A DNA stretch of 36,063 bases from positions 1 to 36,063 of IMG/VR virus record IMGVR_UViG_3300011335_000174. One strand, written 5' to 3'. Under the pieces are notes generated by a model. That model searched no databases and was not told where the DNA came from. It worked only from the letters and a program-made list of their open reading frames with translations. Each line of letters begins with the position of its first letter. Position 1 is the stretch's first letter. This DNA comes from a virus (Duplodnaviria > Caudoviricetes). A program made the position numbers and the translations under genes. Shown here one piece after another: positions 17,283-25,207 of the stretch.

Positions 17283-17312
17283 TTGACAGTATGGTCGTGT
17301 GCGCGCTACTAT
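17283..17312 (+). promoter_or_regulatory. Strong sigma70-like early promoter
   Basis: TTGACA-18 nt-TACTAT; followed by hairpin ATGGCGC/GCGCCAT (17320-17341) and GGAG SD. Confidence 0.7.
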
Positions 17313-17362
17313 CTAACTCATGGCGCCGCGTCGCGCGCCATCCACTACACTACGGAGAACCT

Positions 17363-18040
17363 ATGATTCATTTCGTCGCAAAATCGTCCAACGCGAAAAC
17401 TGGACCGATACCTGTCACGTACTCCGCGCGCGATACTTGCCCACCTAGCTGCGGTCAAAAAGAATCCTGCTACGCGGACGCCGGATTTCACACTCGCATG
17501 GCGTGGGATAAGGTTCCGTTGCGCGGGAAAGACGTCGCGATCGTTGCGGATCAGATTCGCACGTTGAAACCAGATACACTCTGGCGGTTCAACGTCGCGG
17601 GCGATCTTCCTGGTGTGGGTGAAGATATTGACGGTCCCGCGTTGGCGCAGCTAATCGAAGCGAATCGCGGGCGCCGTGGGTTTACGTACACACACAAGCA
17701 CAGTGATCGCGCGATCAAGTTTGCACGCTTCGCGACCAAACGCGGGTTTACCGTAAACCTGAGCGCTGATGATGCGGGTCACGCTGACAAACTTGCGGAA
17801 ACGGGTTTACCCGTCGCAGTCGTTGTGCCACTTGGCACGCCCGAACGTACAACGACGCCCGCTGGGCGCGCGATTGTCGTGTGTCCCGCTCAGACCCGCG
17901 ATGACGTTACGTGCTACACGTGCGGATTGTGCGCGCGAGCCAATCGTAAGGTAATCGTCGGGTTTTTAGCGCACGGCACACGTGCCAAAAAAGCCGATGC
18001 GATCGCGCGTCGGGTTATTCCCTTGAAGGTGACGAAATGA
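17363..18040 (+). CDS. Radical-SAM-like Fe-S protein (phage Gp88-type)
   Basis: ATG at 17363 after GGAG; 225 aa. CPPSCGQKESCYA (CX3CX5C), RFNVAGD, YTH, VNLSAD and C-terminal CPAQ..CYTCGLC. Confidence 0.6.
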   Translation: MIHFVAKSSNAKTGPIPVTYSARDTCPPSCGQKESCYADAGFHTRMAWDKVPLRGKDVAIVADQIRTLKPDTLWRFNVAGDLPGVGEDIDGPALAQLIEANRGRRGFTYTHKHSDRAIKFARFATKRGFTVNLSADDAGHADKLAETGLPVAVVVPLGTPERTTTPAGRAIVVCPAQTRDDVTCYTCGLCARANRKVIVGFLAHGTRAKKADAIARRVIPLKVTK

Positions 18041-18222
18041 ACCATTACACGGCAAAATTCAAACGTTACACGGATGAAATGCTGAAGACCGCGCTTGACG
18101 ATTGTCACGTAGCGCTAGGCGTGGGTGAAACGCTTTTCAGTCCCGCTTATGTTGCGAAATTGTGGGCCGAAATTGACGCAATCCGCGACGTCCAACTCTT
18201 ACGTAAACGGAAATTAAAATGA
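18037..18222 (+). CDS. Hypothetical early protein
   Basis: 61 aa; ATGA-coupled at both ends. Confidence 0.7.
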   Translation: MNHYTAKFKRYTDEMLKTALDDCHVALGVGETLFSPAYVAKLWAEIDAIRDVQLLRKRKLK

Positions 18223-18317
18223 AACTCGAAACCCTTGCGACCGGCGCGTTGATCGGCTGGGTCATCGTAACGAGCGTCATCTTGACCGACGCAATCATCG
18301 CGGCATTGTGTCGTTAG
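18219..18317 (+). CDS. 32-aa hydrophobic membrane peptide (absent from ORF track)
   Basis: MKLETLATGALIGWVIVTSVILTDAIIAALCR; ATGA overlap. Confidence 0.6.
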   Translation: MKLETLATGALIGWVIVTSVILTDAIIAALCR

Positions 18318-18367
18318 TGATAGCGGCCGTATTGGCCGCGATCCTAGTGATCATCCTAGACTTATAA
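18317..18367 (+). CDS. Possible 16-aa hydrophobic peptide
   Basis: GTG overlapping previous TAG; MIAAVLAAILVIILDL; stop lies just before the terminator. Confidence 0.4.
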   Translation: MIAAVLAAILVIILDL

Positions 18368-18369
18368 CG

Positions 18370-18391
18370 ACGGCCCTACGGGGCCGTTTTT
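18370..18391 (+). terminator. Intrinsic terminator of early operon
   Basis: CGGCCC-TACG-GGGCCG-TTTTT (UNCG tetraloop) between convergent genes. Confidence 0.85.
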
Positions 18392-18393
18392 CA

Positions 18394-20631
18394 TTACGCG
18401 GGCTCTACCATCCGACGCAACTCAGACGCGCCAGCGGCCGCATATTCAGGCGCGCAATATACGTGGCGCTTCGATTCAAGCCCACGGGCCGCAACGCGGC
18501 CGCAATCAATCCATCCGGCCTCCTTAATAGCTTGCAAAAGCGCTTGCTGGTAAAGCTTCAACCCGGCCGGGGCCGATCGCGCTAGTTCGTCCAAGACCGC
18601 CTGCAAGGGCGCAGCAATCGCGCCACGCGTGAAGACACCTTTACGCTGCTTCATTAGCTCCAGAATGTAACTCTCCGCACCAGAAAGCGAATTTTCCATC
18701 ATCGTCTGCTTAAATTCTGTCATAGGCGGCGCAGCCCCCGGATTGAACCGGGAAACGTCGCGCGCGTGCAGCCAGGCCGCTACAGCGGCCCGCCCGCCCG
18801 ACTTTAGCCACGCCCACATAGCGGCCCCGTCCGCGTCTGACATTCGGCCAGCGTGCGACCAGATACAGAACCAGCGACGATCCTGCGCCGATATAGATAT
18901 AGGTAGCAAATCATTCGAAAATGCCAGCACGAACCCACGGTTCGCCATCATATAGGGGTGAAGTCCCTTACGGTTCACCGCCAGCACTTCAGGAGGCGCG
19001 GCGATGATAGGCTTTAGCTTATTCGCCAGAACCCGACGATCGGCCGCGAGCGCTTCCTTTAGCTCGTTAATGATTAGAATTTCGGATTCAAGCTGATAGC
19101 CCCATTGACTAGTGAGCGACTCATTGTCGACTAACCCTAGATTGTGCTTATTGTCCCCACACACGGCCCATATAAACGGATCATAGAGCGTATCCTTCCC
19201 CGCGCCTTCATCCGACGCGTGAAGGATCGCATGGTTGATCTTGACCCTAGGGTTCTGGACCTTATAAGCCATAACGTCCCATATATGGTCTAGTTCGGTT
19301 TGAACCGGCACTAACTTACGGCAATGGTCGATCCACGCCTGTATAGGTCCGGCCATAGGCGTCGGGCGCGCGTCAATCCATCGGTTCGCATAGGGTAGAT
19401 TGTCCCGCACGGCCAGAACTGACTCACCGGCCGCATAGGTCAACCCCGCGATGACCTGCCCGCCAGCGGCAGAACGGTTCTCATCAAACCACATAGACGC
19501 GCTGATAAGGCGCGCGCGGCCCGATGACCCCCTATGCATCGAATGGCACATAATCCCGCGATAGGTCGCATCGAACGCCCGCCGCGATATAAGCACACGG
19601 TCTACTAGGTCAAAGTACGAATCGTCCGACTGCACATAGGCGAAGCGTTTGAACCAGTCGGCCCGCTCTACCCGCGACCGTTCGCGCGCCTCTACTTGAG
19701 CGATCACGGCCTTAGCGTCATCGCTGAACATAGACGTAGGCGTTAGCTTAGATAGCGCGCCGTTCATGACCGACGCCAGAAGCTCATCGCGTAGGCCATA
19801 GGTCCGCTTGGGGCCGCCCTCTTGCTCCACCCAAGCTAGAAACCGCGCGGAGTCCCACTCGGTGCAATGCGAATGAAGACAACAATAGGCCCGACTGGCG
19901 GGCATATAGCGCCCCTCTGGGTTGCCGTCTGAGTGTTCCGCGCTATTAGGACAGATCACGCCCCACCAACCGGCAGAGTTGCCGCCCTGCGTGACTTCCT
20001 TACGCTCGACAAGCCACGCCAGCACATCGTCTGATCCATCATCCTTTAGGATTCCGGGCCTAAATGTCGTCGTCTCGACCGCGCCGGGGACGACCGATAG
20101 CGCGCCGCAGATCTCCTCAAGACTAAACTCGCGCGACGGGTTGAACTCGACCAAGCGCGCGGCGAAACGGTCGCGCCCGGGCTTTAGGTTGATCGAGCCG
20201 GGGATGCGAATGTTGCGGACCGGATTAATAGCACCGGGGTCGGTATAGCCCGCCGCTGCTATGGCCTTGATCGCTGCGCTATAGACCGACTTGTGCGGCT
20301 GATCGTCTAGCCGGAATACGTAGCACCATTGAAAGTTATCCTTGGACGTTTCAATGATCCACGTAGGGCGAATCGTCGGCGTTTTGGACTTCGTGCCGAC
20401 GTCATCCAAAACCAAGCACCAGACGTTCTCACAGAACGCCGCACCAGCGCTGACACGATTACCGTCAAAACGACTTTCGATAAACGACCCGATATTGACA
20501 TACCAGGCCCCTTCACCTCTAGGTTTACGGAACGCCGGATAGGCGTAACCGCCCTCGCGCTCGACTTGTTTCGTAAATAGTACAACTTCACCTTCCGGTG
20601 CAAGGGCTATGATATGATCCACCAGTTCCAT
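18394..20631 (-). CDS. Primase-helicase (RepB'-like primase, Zn-binding region, DUF5906/SF3-like ATPase)
   Basis: LVLDDVG, IETSKDNFQW, CPNSAEH..CLHSHC, Walker A EGAGKDT, Walker B IINE, DRRW; AGGAG SD. Confidence 0.82.
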   Translation of the reverse strand: MELVDHIIALAPEGEVVLFTKQVEREGGYAYPAFRKPRGEGAWYVNIGSFIESRFDGNRVSAGAAFCENVWCLVLDDVGTKSKTPTIRPTWIIETSKDNFQWCYVFRLDDQPHKSVYSAAIKAIAAAGYTDPGAINPVRNIRIPGSINLKPGRDRFAARLVEFNPSREFSLEEICGALSVVPGAVETTTFRPGILKDDGSDDVLAWLVERKEVTQGGNSAGWWGVICPNSAEHSDGNPEGRYMPASRAYCCLHSHCTEWDSARFLAWVEQEGGPKRTYGLRDELLASVMNGALSKLTPTSMFSDDAKAVIAQVEARERSRVERADWFKRFAYVQSDDSYFDLVDRVLISRRAFDATYRGIMCHSMHRGSSGRARLISASMWFDENRSAAGGQVIAGLTYAAGESVLAVRDNLPYANRWIDARPTPMAGPIQAWIDHCRKLVPVQTELDHIWDVMAYKVQNPRVKINHAILHASDEGAGKDTLYDPFIWAVCGDNKHNLGLVDNESLTSQWGYQLESEILIINELKEALAADRRVLANKLKPIIAAPPEVLAVNRKGLHPYMMANRGFVLAFSNDLLPISISAQDRRWFCIWSHAGRMSDADGAAMWAWLKSGGRAAVAAWLHARDVSRFNPGAAPPMTEFKQTMMENSLSGAESYILELMKQRKGVFTRGAIAAPLQAVLDELARSAPAGLKLYQQALLQAIKEAGWIDCGRVAARGLESKRHVYCAPEYAAAGASELRRMVEPA

Positions 20632-20647
20632 CGTGCTCTCCTAGTTT

Positions 20648-20676
20648 AAGCCCGCCCTTCCCGGCGGGCTTTTTTT
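20648..20676 (+). terminator. Terminator-like hairpin with U-tract on + strand
   Basis: AAGCCCGCC-CTTCCC-GGCGGGCTT-TTTTT between two minus-strand genes. Confidence 0.55.
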
Positions 20677-20695
20677 AACTCAAAACTTTGTTTGG

Positions 20696-22576
20696 CTATT
20701 TCCCATATCGGGTCATCTGCTTAACTTCTGCCTTTAGGGGTAGCCCGACCGCCCACGGCGGCGATGTGCACATCACCCGCCGTAATAAATCAGGGTCACC
20801 GTCTTCTAAGACGATTTCGTCGTGAACGTGTAAAACCACGTTATCTAGCTGACGTAGCGCGTGGCGCAGAACATCATTGGCGACTGCTTGAGTAATGTTC
20901 TCGCAAGCCAACCCCTTCCATAGGCGCGCGCGGGGCCATTCTTTAGCGTCAGCGGCGGGTTTCCAAGCGGCCTTGCAGTATGAAATGCCATCTTCTTCCA
21001 GTTTTGCAAACGGGTAACACAGAACGCGGCCCGAAGGAAGAATGTACCAGAGATGTTGCCGGTCGAACAGATAAGTAACCCGCCCCGCGCTGAACTCGGC
21101 ATTAGGCGTGTGCATCGCTGACGTATAGGCCCGTTCTAACTCCGACCAGAACCGCACGGCCCATTGGTTAGACCGCCGCCATGCGTCTACCATGCGCTTG
21201 GCGTCGGCTTCGGGTAGGTGAATGCCATAGGCCCGACCCATAGCCGCAAACGCGCCCACGCCGCCCGCATAGCCGCAACTAAGCTCCTGAACCTTCCCAA
21301 TCTGACGCTGATCATCGGTCACTTCATCGACCGAGCATCCGAAGGTCGCAGCGGCGTTGATCTTATAGATGTCCTGATCGAACTGCTTGAGCTTCTCCTC
21401 GCCCATGCCCGACATCCACGGATTGACGCGCGCCTCGATAGCTGACCAGTCCGCGACTACGAAATTACCAACGAGCGCGGGTCGGAGCATCCCTTTAAGC
21501 ACATCTGTAACTCTTCGTCCGTGAATAGGGACAATTGCTCGACCGGCGACCATATCCTCACGCACTCCAGCCGGATCTTTGGCGGTCTTGCGGGTGAAAT
21601 TATGGACTTGTGCTCCGTAACTAGAGGCTCGCCCCGTCGCAGATCCGCCAGCAAAAACAAATGCGCCTCGTACTCTGTCATCTTCGACATCGGCCAATTC
21701 CTGTAGACGTTTAAACTTCGCAATCGAGGACGCCCATAGATCATCCGCGCATTGAACGACTTCACGCACATCCGGGTCTAGGTCATCGCACGCTAATAGA
21801 TTAGCGCGGACGGCCTTGTCGATGCTGTACTTCTCACCGACCCACATGAGCTTCTTTTGCTCGTCCGTGACGCGCGCCAGCACCCACTCGCGCATACGCG
21901 GCGACCGTACGGCTAGGCCGCCGGTAATCTCGGTCACGATAGATTGGATCTCTTCTAACTCCGCGTCAGCGTAGCGAATGGCGGCCTTGCATAGCGCCAC
22001 ATCCACCTTCACGCCACGGTCGTTGATCCGCTCGTTCACGTGATAGTCGAGCAGTTCTTCGTCGGACAACTGACGCAGAGCGAGGCTCACGGCGCGCATA
22101 GCGCGCACATCCTGCTCGCAATACTCTATGAGTTCTGGGATCAACTTGTCATTGTAGGGCGGGATGCAGCACTGCCGCACGAGGTAATCGCCTCGGCGGT
22201 CTTTCTTCATATCCGCACCGGCAAAACGACCGACGTCCTCAAGCGAACCCGGCGCGCAATTGGCGCGGGCTTGTGTTGCAGTGCAATAAAACTGCTCAAG
22301 TTTAGGTGACGGAACACCAAAATCAGGGCATACAACGTACCAAAGGATCAAGCGGTCAAAGCTGGCGTTGTGAACGCGTATTTGACCACCGTTTGTAAAA
22401 TGGTCTGCAACTCGTTGAGGAAACGCCTGCTTCGGCGTCCAAGTCTGCACATCTTCGTTGTCAAACGCATACGACAAACAAAGCAGTTCAGTAGATGGGT
22501 CTTGTGAGTAATTGTAGGCGCCAGCGGTCTTGAGATCGCACTTGCTGCGTGTCTCAGTGTCGAGCCATAAAATCAT
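20696..22576 (-). CDS. polA: Family A DNA polymerase with 3'-5' exonuclease
   Basis: ExoI LDTET, HNASFD, motif A ADWSAIEAR, motif B RQIGKVQELSCGY, motif C HVHDE. Confidence 0.93.
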   Translation of the reverse strand: MILWLDTETRSKCDLKTAGAYNYSQDPSTELLCLSYAFDNEDVQTWTPKQAFPQRVADHFTNGGQIRVHNASFDRLILWYVVCPDFGVPSPKLEQFYCTATQARANCAPGSLEDVGRFAGADMKKDRRGDYLVRQCCIPPYNDKLIPELIEYCEQDVRAMRAVSLALRQLSDEELLDYHVNERINDRGVKVDVALCKAAIRYADAELEEIQSIVTEITGGLAVRSPRMREWVLARVTDEQKKLMWVGEKYSIDKAVRANLLACDDLDPDVREVVQCADDLWASSIAKFKRLQELADVEDDRVRGAFVFAGGSATGRASSYGAQVHNFTRKTAKDPAGVREDMVAGRAIVPIHGRRVTDVLKGMLRPALVGNFVVADWSAIEARVNPWMSGMGEEKLKQFDQDIYKINAAATFGCSVDEVTDDQRQIGKVQELSCGYAGGVGAFAAMGRAYGIHLPEADAKRMVDAWRRSNQWAVRFWSELERAYTSAMHTPNAEFSAGRVTYLFDRQHLWYILPSGRVLCYPFAKLEEDGISYCKAAWKPAADAKEWPRARLWKGLACENITQAVANDVLRHALRQLDNVVLHVHDEIVLEDGDPDLLRRVMCTSPPWAVGLPLKAEVKQMTRYGK

Positions 22577-22584
22577 AATGTTTA

Positions 22585-22613
22585 GAAAAGGGTGTCCAAA
22601 AAATGGACACCCT
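22585..22613 (-). terminator. Intrinsic terminator after putative SSB gene
   Basis: Minus strand AGGGTGTCCA-TTTTT-TGGACACCCT-TTTC. Confidence 0.65.
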
Positions 22614-22627
22614 CCTCTCCCCGCTAG

Positions 22628-23254
22628 TTAGGCCGAACGACGGCGACGCGTCGGCGCGGGGGCTTCCTCTTCCTCTTCCGATGGGCCGTCCATCGACACG
22701 AACTCTACAATCTCAAAAATGGGAGTGTAGATACGGCCATACGACTTGTGCTGATAGTGCTCTTTCTTGAGCAGCACGACCGGCACCGGCTTGCTTTCGT
22801 CTTGGCTCACCTGATTGGCAAACGCAGACGCCAGGGCTTCAAAGGACCGCTTACCGCCGACCGAGGTCGCCGTATAGCGGGCTTCCAAACCCTTATCTTC
22901 ACCAGTCAGACACTTCAGGCTGAACCCAACTTGCTTCTCCCATCCACGCGCGGCGTTAGGAGGCGCGTCGTCCATTTCTGGCAACGGGTCAGTGAGTGCG
23001 ACCATCTTTTCGCCTAACACAACCCCGTCACCCCATGCGATCACGCCATGCACAAAGGAGAAAGGGTTTATTGCCCACTTGCTGTCAGGCTCGACTTCAG
23101 TCTGATCAGCACCGTAGACCCAATGGCCGGTCTTGTCCATTTTCAGGATGACCGAGCCACCAGCGGCGGCGGGGGCTGCAACGGTTTTGATCGCCGTTGC
23201 GATTGCTGCGAGAGCGGGAAGACCAGCTTTATTGAACGCTACTAAATTGGACAT
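22628..23254 (-). CDS. Putative ssDNA-binding protein
   Basis: 208 aa in the usual SSB slot between Cas4-like nuclease and PolA; aromatic-rich beta core; acidic stretch near C-terminus. Confidence 0.5.
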   Translation of the reverse strand: MSNLVAFNKAGLPALAAIATAIKTVAAPAAAGGSVILKMDKTGHWVYGADQTEVEPDSKWAINPFSFVHGVIAWGDGVVLGEKMVALTDPLPEMDDAPPNAARGWEKQVGFSLKCLTGEDKGLEARYTATSVGGKRSFEALASAFANQVSQDESKPVPVVLLKKEHYQHKSYGRIYTPIFEIVEFVSMDGPSEEEEEAPAPTRRRRSA

Positions 23255-23258
23255 GAGA

Positions 23259-24383
23259 TTACCTTAGTTTAAGGAGAGCAGATTTCATCTGCTCGGGGAG
23301 GAACACAGTCGCTGGCCGAGGATCACTCTCCGGGGCGATTGTGGTTCCCGACGACACCGCGACTACGATGTCATCGGGGAGACTCAGTTTACGCGCTTTC
23401 AAAAGTTTTTCAACCTTAGCGGGCGACAGCATGACCGTATCAAACAAATCGTCTTCTGCGACACCCGCGTCGATCAGCGCCTGCTGCGCTGTTTCTTCGT
23501 TGACCCACTGACGCATCGCGCGCTTGGGGACCAACTTGTAACCCGGTACCGGCTCGCCAGACTCAAGGATCTGGTGCGCGAGTTCGCGCAGGTCTGTCAC
23601 CCACCGCTCGATCAGGTCGGCAGTTGCCAGATACTCGCCGATCTTCGCGGGGTCCAAGTCCTTGATCTGCGCCCGCAGCGCCCGCTCTGCCGCGCCGGTC
23701 ATCTGCGGGCAGATCGGTTTGGCTGGACAGTAGCGGCAATGCTCGCCAACGTTTAGCGGCGCGTAGGAGTGCGCCGACGTCGTAACCGCCGCGACCAGAT
23801 CACGCTCAAACTGCTTGACCCGCGCGACCGTGGTTGTCCAACGCTTAACCGCTGGCGGCTGGACGATAACGCACTCGATCTCTTGGACATCCTTAAATGC
23901 CCACTCCAACCCTTTGGTACGCATCGCAGCAGCGGCGTAGAAAAGCAATTGTTCGTTCTCTTCGACATCTACTTCGTTGCGACCAAACTTCCAGTCGAGC
24001 ACAACGGCGCGGTCTTTAATCCTGCCGATCAGGTCAGCAGACCCAAAAACTCCGGGCAGCAAAGTGCCGAAGTTGACATGACTTTCGACGCGGTACTGCA
24101 TATCGCCGTCTGGGTCGATGTCGTTAAGCGCCGCCATTGCCGGGATGATCTTCTCGTCGATCAGGTCTTCAGTCATGGTCTGATCGTTGTACTTCATCCC
24201 TAGCACTTGCTTAATTTCAAGCGACGGATCTTCAAGAAGCGCAGCCATCGCGTTGTGGCACAACGTGCCCGCGTCAGCATCTTTACCTCCCAAACGAGGG
24301 GGCATCTTCTGCACAAGCCCTACCGAGCCTGGGCAGTTGATGACCCGCTTGGCGGTACTACCGCCTACGATATTAGAGTGCAT
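23259..24383 (-). CDS. Cas4-like PD-(D/E)XK exonuclease (DUF2800-type)
   Basis: HS..GGS.AKR...CPGS, FGSADLI..VLDWKFG, QLLFYA, HCRYCPAKPICP (four-Cys Fe-S staple). Confidence 0.85.
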   Translation of the reverse strand: MHSNIVGGSTAKRVINCPGSVGLVQKMPPRLGGKDADAGTLCHNAMAALLEDPSLEIKQVLGMKYNDQTMTEDLIDEKIIPAMAALNDIDPDGDMQYRVESHVNFGTLLPGVFGSADLIGRIKDRAVVLDWKFGRNEVDVEENEQLLFYAAAAMRTKGLEWAFKDVQEIECVIVQPPAVKRWTTTVARVKQFERDLVAAVTTSAHSYAPLNVGEHCRYCPAKPICPQMTGAAERALRAQIKDLDPAKIGEYLATADLIERWVTDLRELAHQILESGEPVPGYKLVPKRAMRQWVNEETAQQALIDAGVAEDDLFDTVMLSPAKVEKLLKARKLSLPDDIVVAVSSGTTIAPESDPRPATVFLPEQMKSALLKLR

Positions 24384-24648
24384 TCGCTTTCCTTGAGATC
24401 AAGTGTTTGAGCGACTCCTGCGACATCATCGCGGGGTTGTTGCGCCCCATCATGGTTTTGACCCACCCGCGCTCCCACAGCGGCGACAGGCTGACCTTAG
24501 CGCCACGGTCAATCAGTTCGTTGGTTGTGAAGGTCACGTTACCAACAGCCACCCAATGATGGCGTTTGGTGTAGTGCGGCACGAACATGAAGTTACCGAT
24601 GTAGAACACCGGCTGGACTTCGCAGGATTCGATTTCTTTGGAATTCAT
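24373..24648 (-). CDS. Hypothetical protein
   Basis: 91 aa; GAGGAG SD; coupled to neighbours. Confidence 0.7.
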   Translation of the reverse strand: MNSKEIESCEVQPVFYIGNFMFVPHYTKRHHWVAVGNVTFTTNELIDRGAKVSLSPLWERGWVKTMMGRNNPAMMSQESLKHLISRKANAL

Positions 24649-24803
24649 TCTGGTGTCTCCTCGCGGCTGATCTCAGCGCTTTGGAAGTAAGAGTACGAAC
24701 TGCACTTGAGTTCGCAGGCGTTGAAGTTGCCGTTGGGCATCAGGCTGTTGAGGTACTCGACCAGGATGCGTTTGACTTCTTCGCTGTCTAAGGTGATTTT
24801 CAC
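24645..24803 (-). CDS. 52-aa hypothetical protein (absent from ORF track)
   Basis: GTG after AGGA; MKITLDSEEVKRILVEYLNSLMPNGNFNACELKCSSYSYFQSAEISREETPE; ATGA overlap downstream. Confidence 0.65.
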   Translation of the reverse strand: MKITLDSEEVKRILVEYLNSLMPNGNFNACELKCSSYSYFQSAEISREETPE

Positions 24804-24832
24804 TGTAGGTTCCTGTAGTGGTTGGAGTCGTC

Positions 24833-24861
24833 ACTCTACCCACACAGAAACCACTTGTCAA
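24833..24861 (-). promoter_or_regulatory. Leftward sigma70-like promoter (replication operon)
   Basis: TTGACA-17 nt-TAGAGT on minus strand. Confidence 0.65.
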
Positions 24862-24883
24862 CAACTTTTTTGCAGTGTAGGAT
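24855..24883 (+). promoter_or_regulatory. Rightward sigma70-like promoter
   Basis: TTGTCA-17 nt-TAGGAT; 6 nt separate it from the ATG at 24890. Confidence 0.6.
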
Positions 24884-24889
24884 GACGGC

Positions 24890-25207
24890 ATGAAAGAAAG
24901 CGAGATCGAACGCCACTTCGTCTGGGCCGTTGAGACAATGGGCGGCAAGACGTACAAGTTCACCAGCCCCGGCAACCGTGGCGTGGCCGATCGTGTGGCT
25001 TGCCTGCCGGACGGGTCGGTGTGGTTCGTGGAACTCAAAACCAAGGGAGGTAGGCTCAGCAAACTACAAGAACTCTTCGGCGCGACCATGCGCCAGCTAA
25101 ACCAAAACTACACAGTCATATGGAACATACAGGGAATAGAGCAATGGTCCTCAGACCTTATCAAGAAACAGCCGCCGACTTCCTCTACGAACGCAACCGG
25201 GCGATGA
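24890..25207 (+). CDS. VRR-NUC domain nuclease
   Basis: ESEIE..GG..YKF.SPG..GVADR..FVELK..GGRLS.LQ motif. Confidence 0.9.
   Translation: MKESEIERHFVWAVETMGGKTYKFTSPGNRGVADRVACLPDGSVWFVELKTKGGRLSKLQELFGATMRQLNQNYTVIWNIQGIEQWSSDLIKKQPPTSSTNATGR

Noticed and set aside
17291-17362. ORF-track start at 17291
   Set aside because: It lies inside the promoter spacer; ATG 17363 has a GGAG SD.
24673-25089. 138-aa minus-strand ORF
   Set aside because: Spans the divergent promoters and is antisense to VRR-NUC; the 52-aa ORF fits better.
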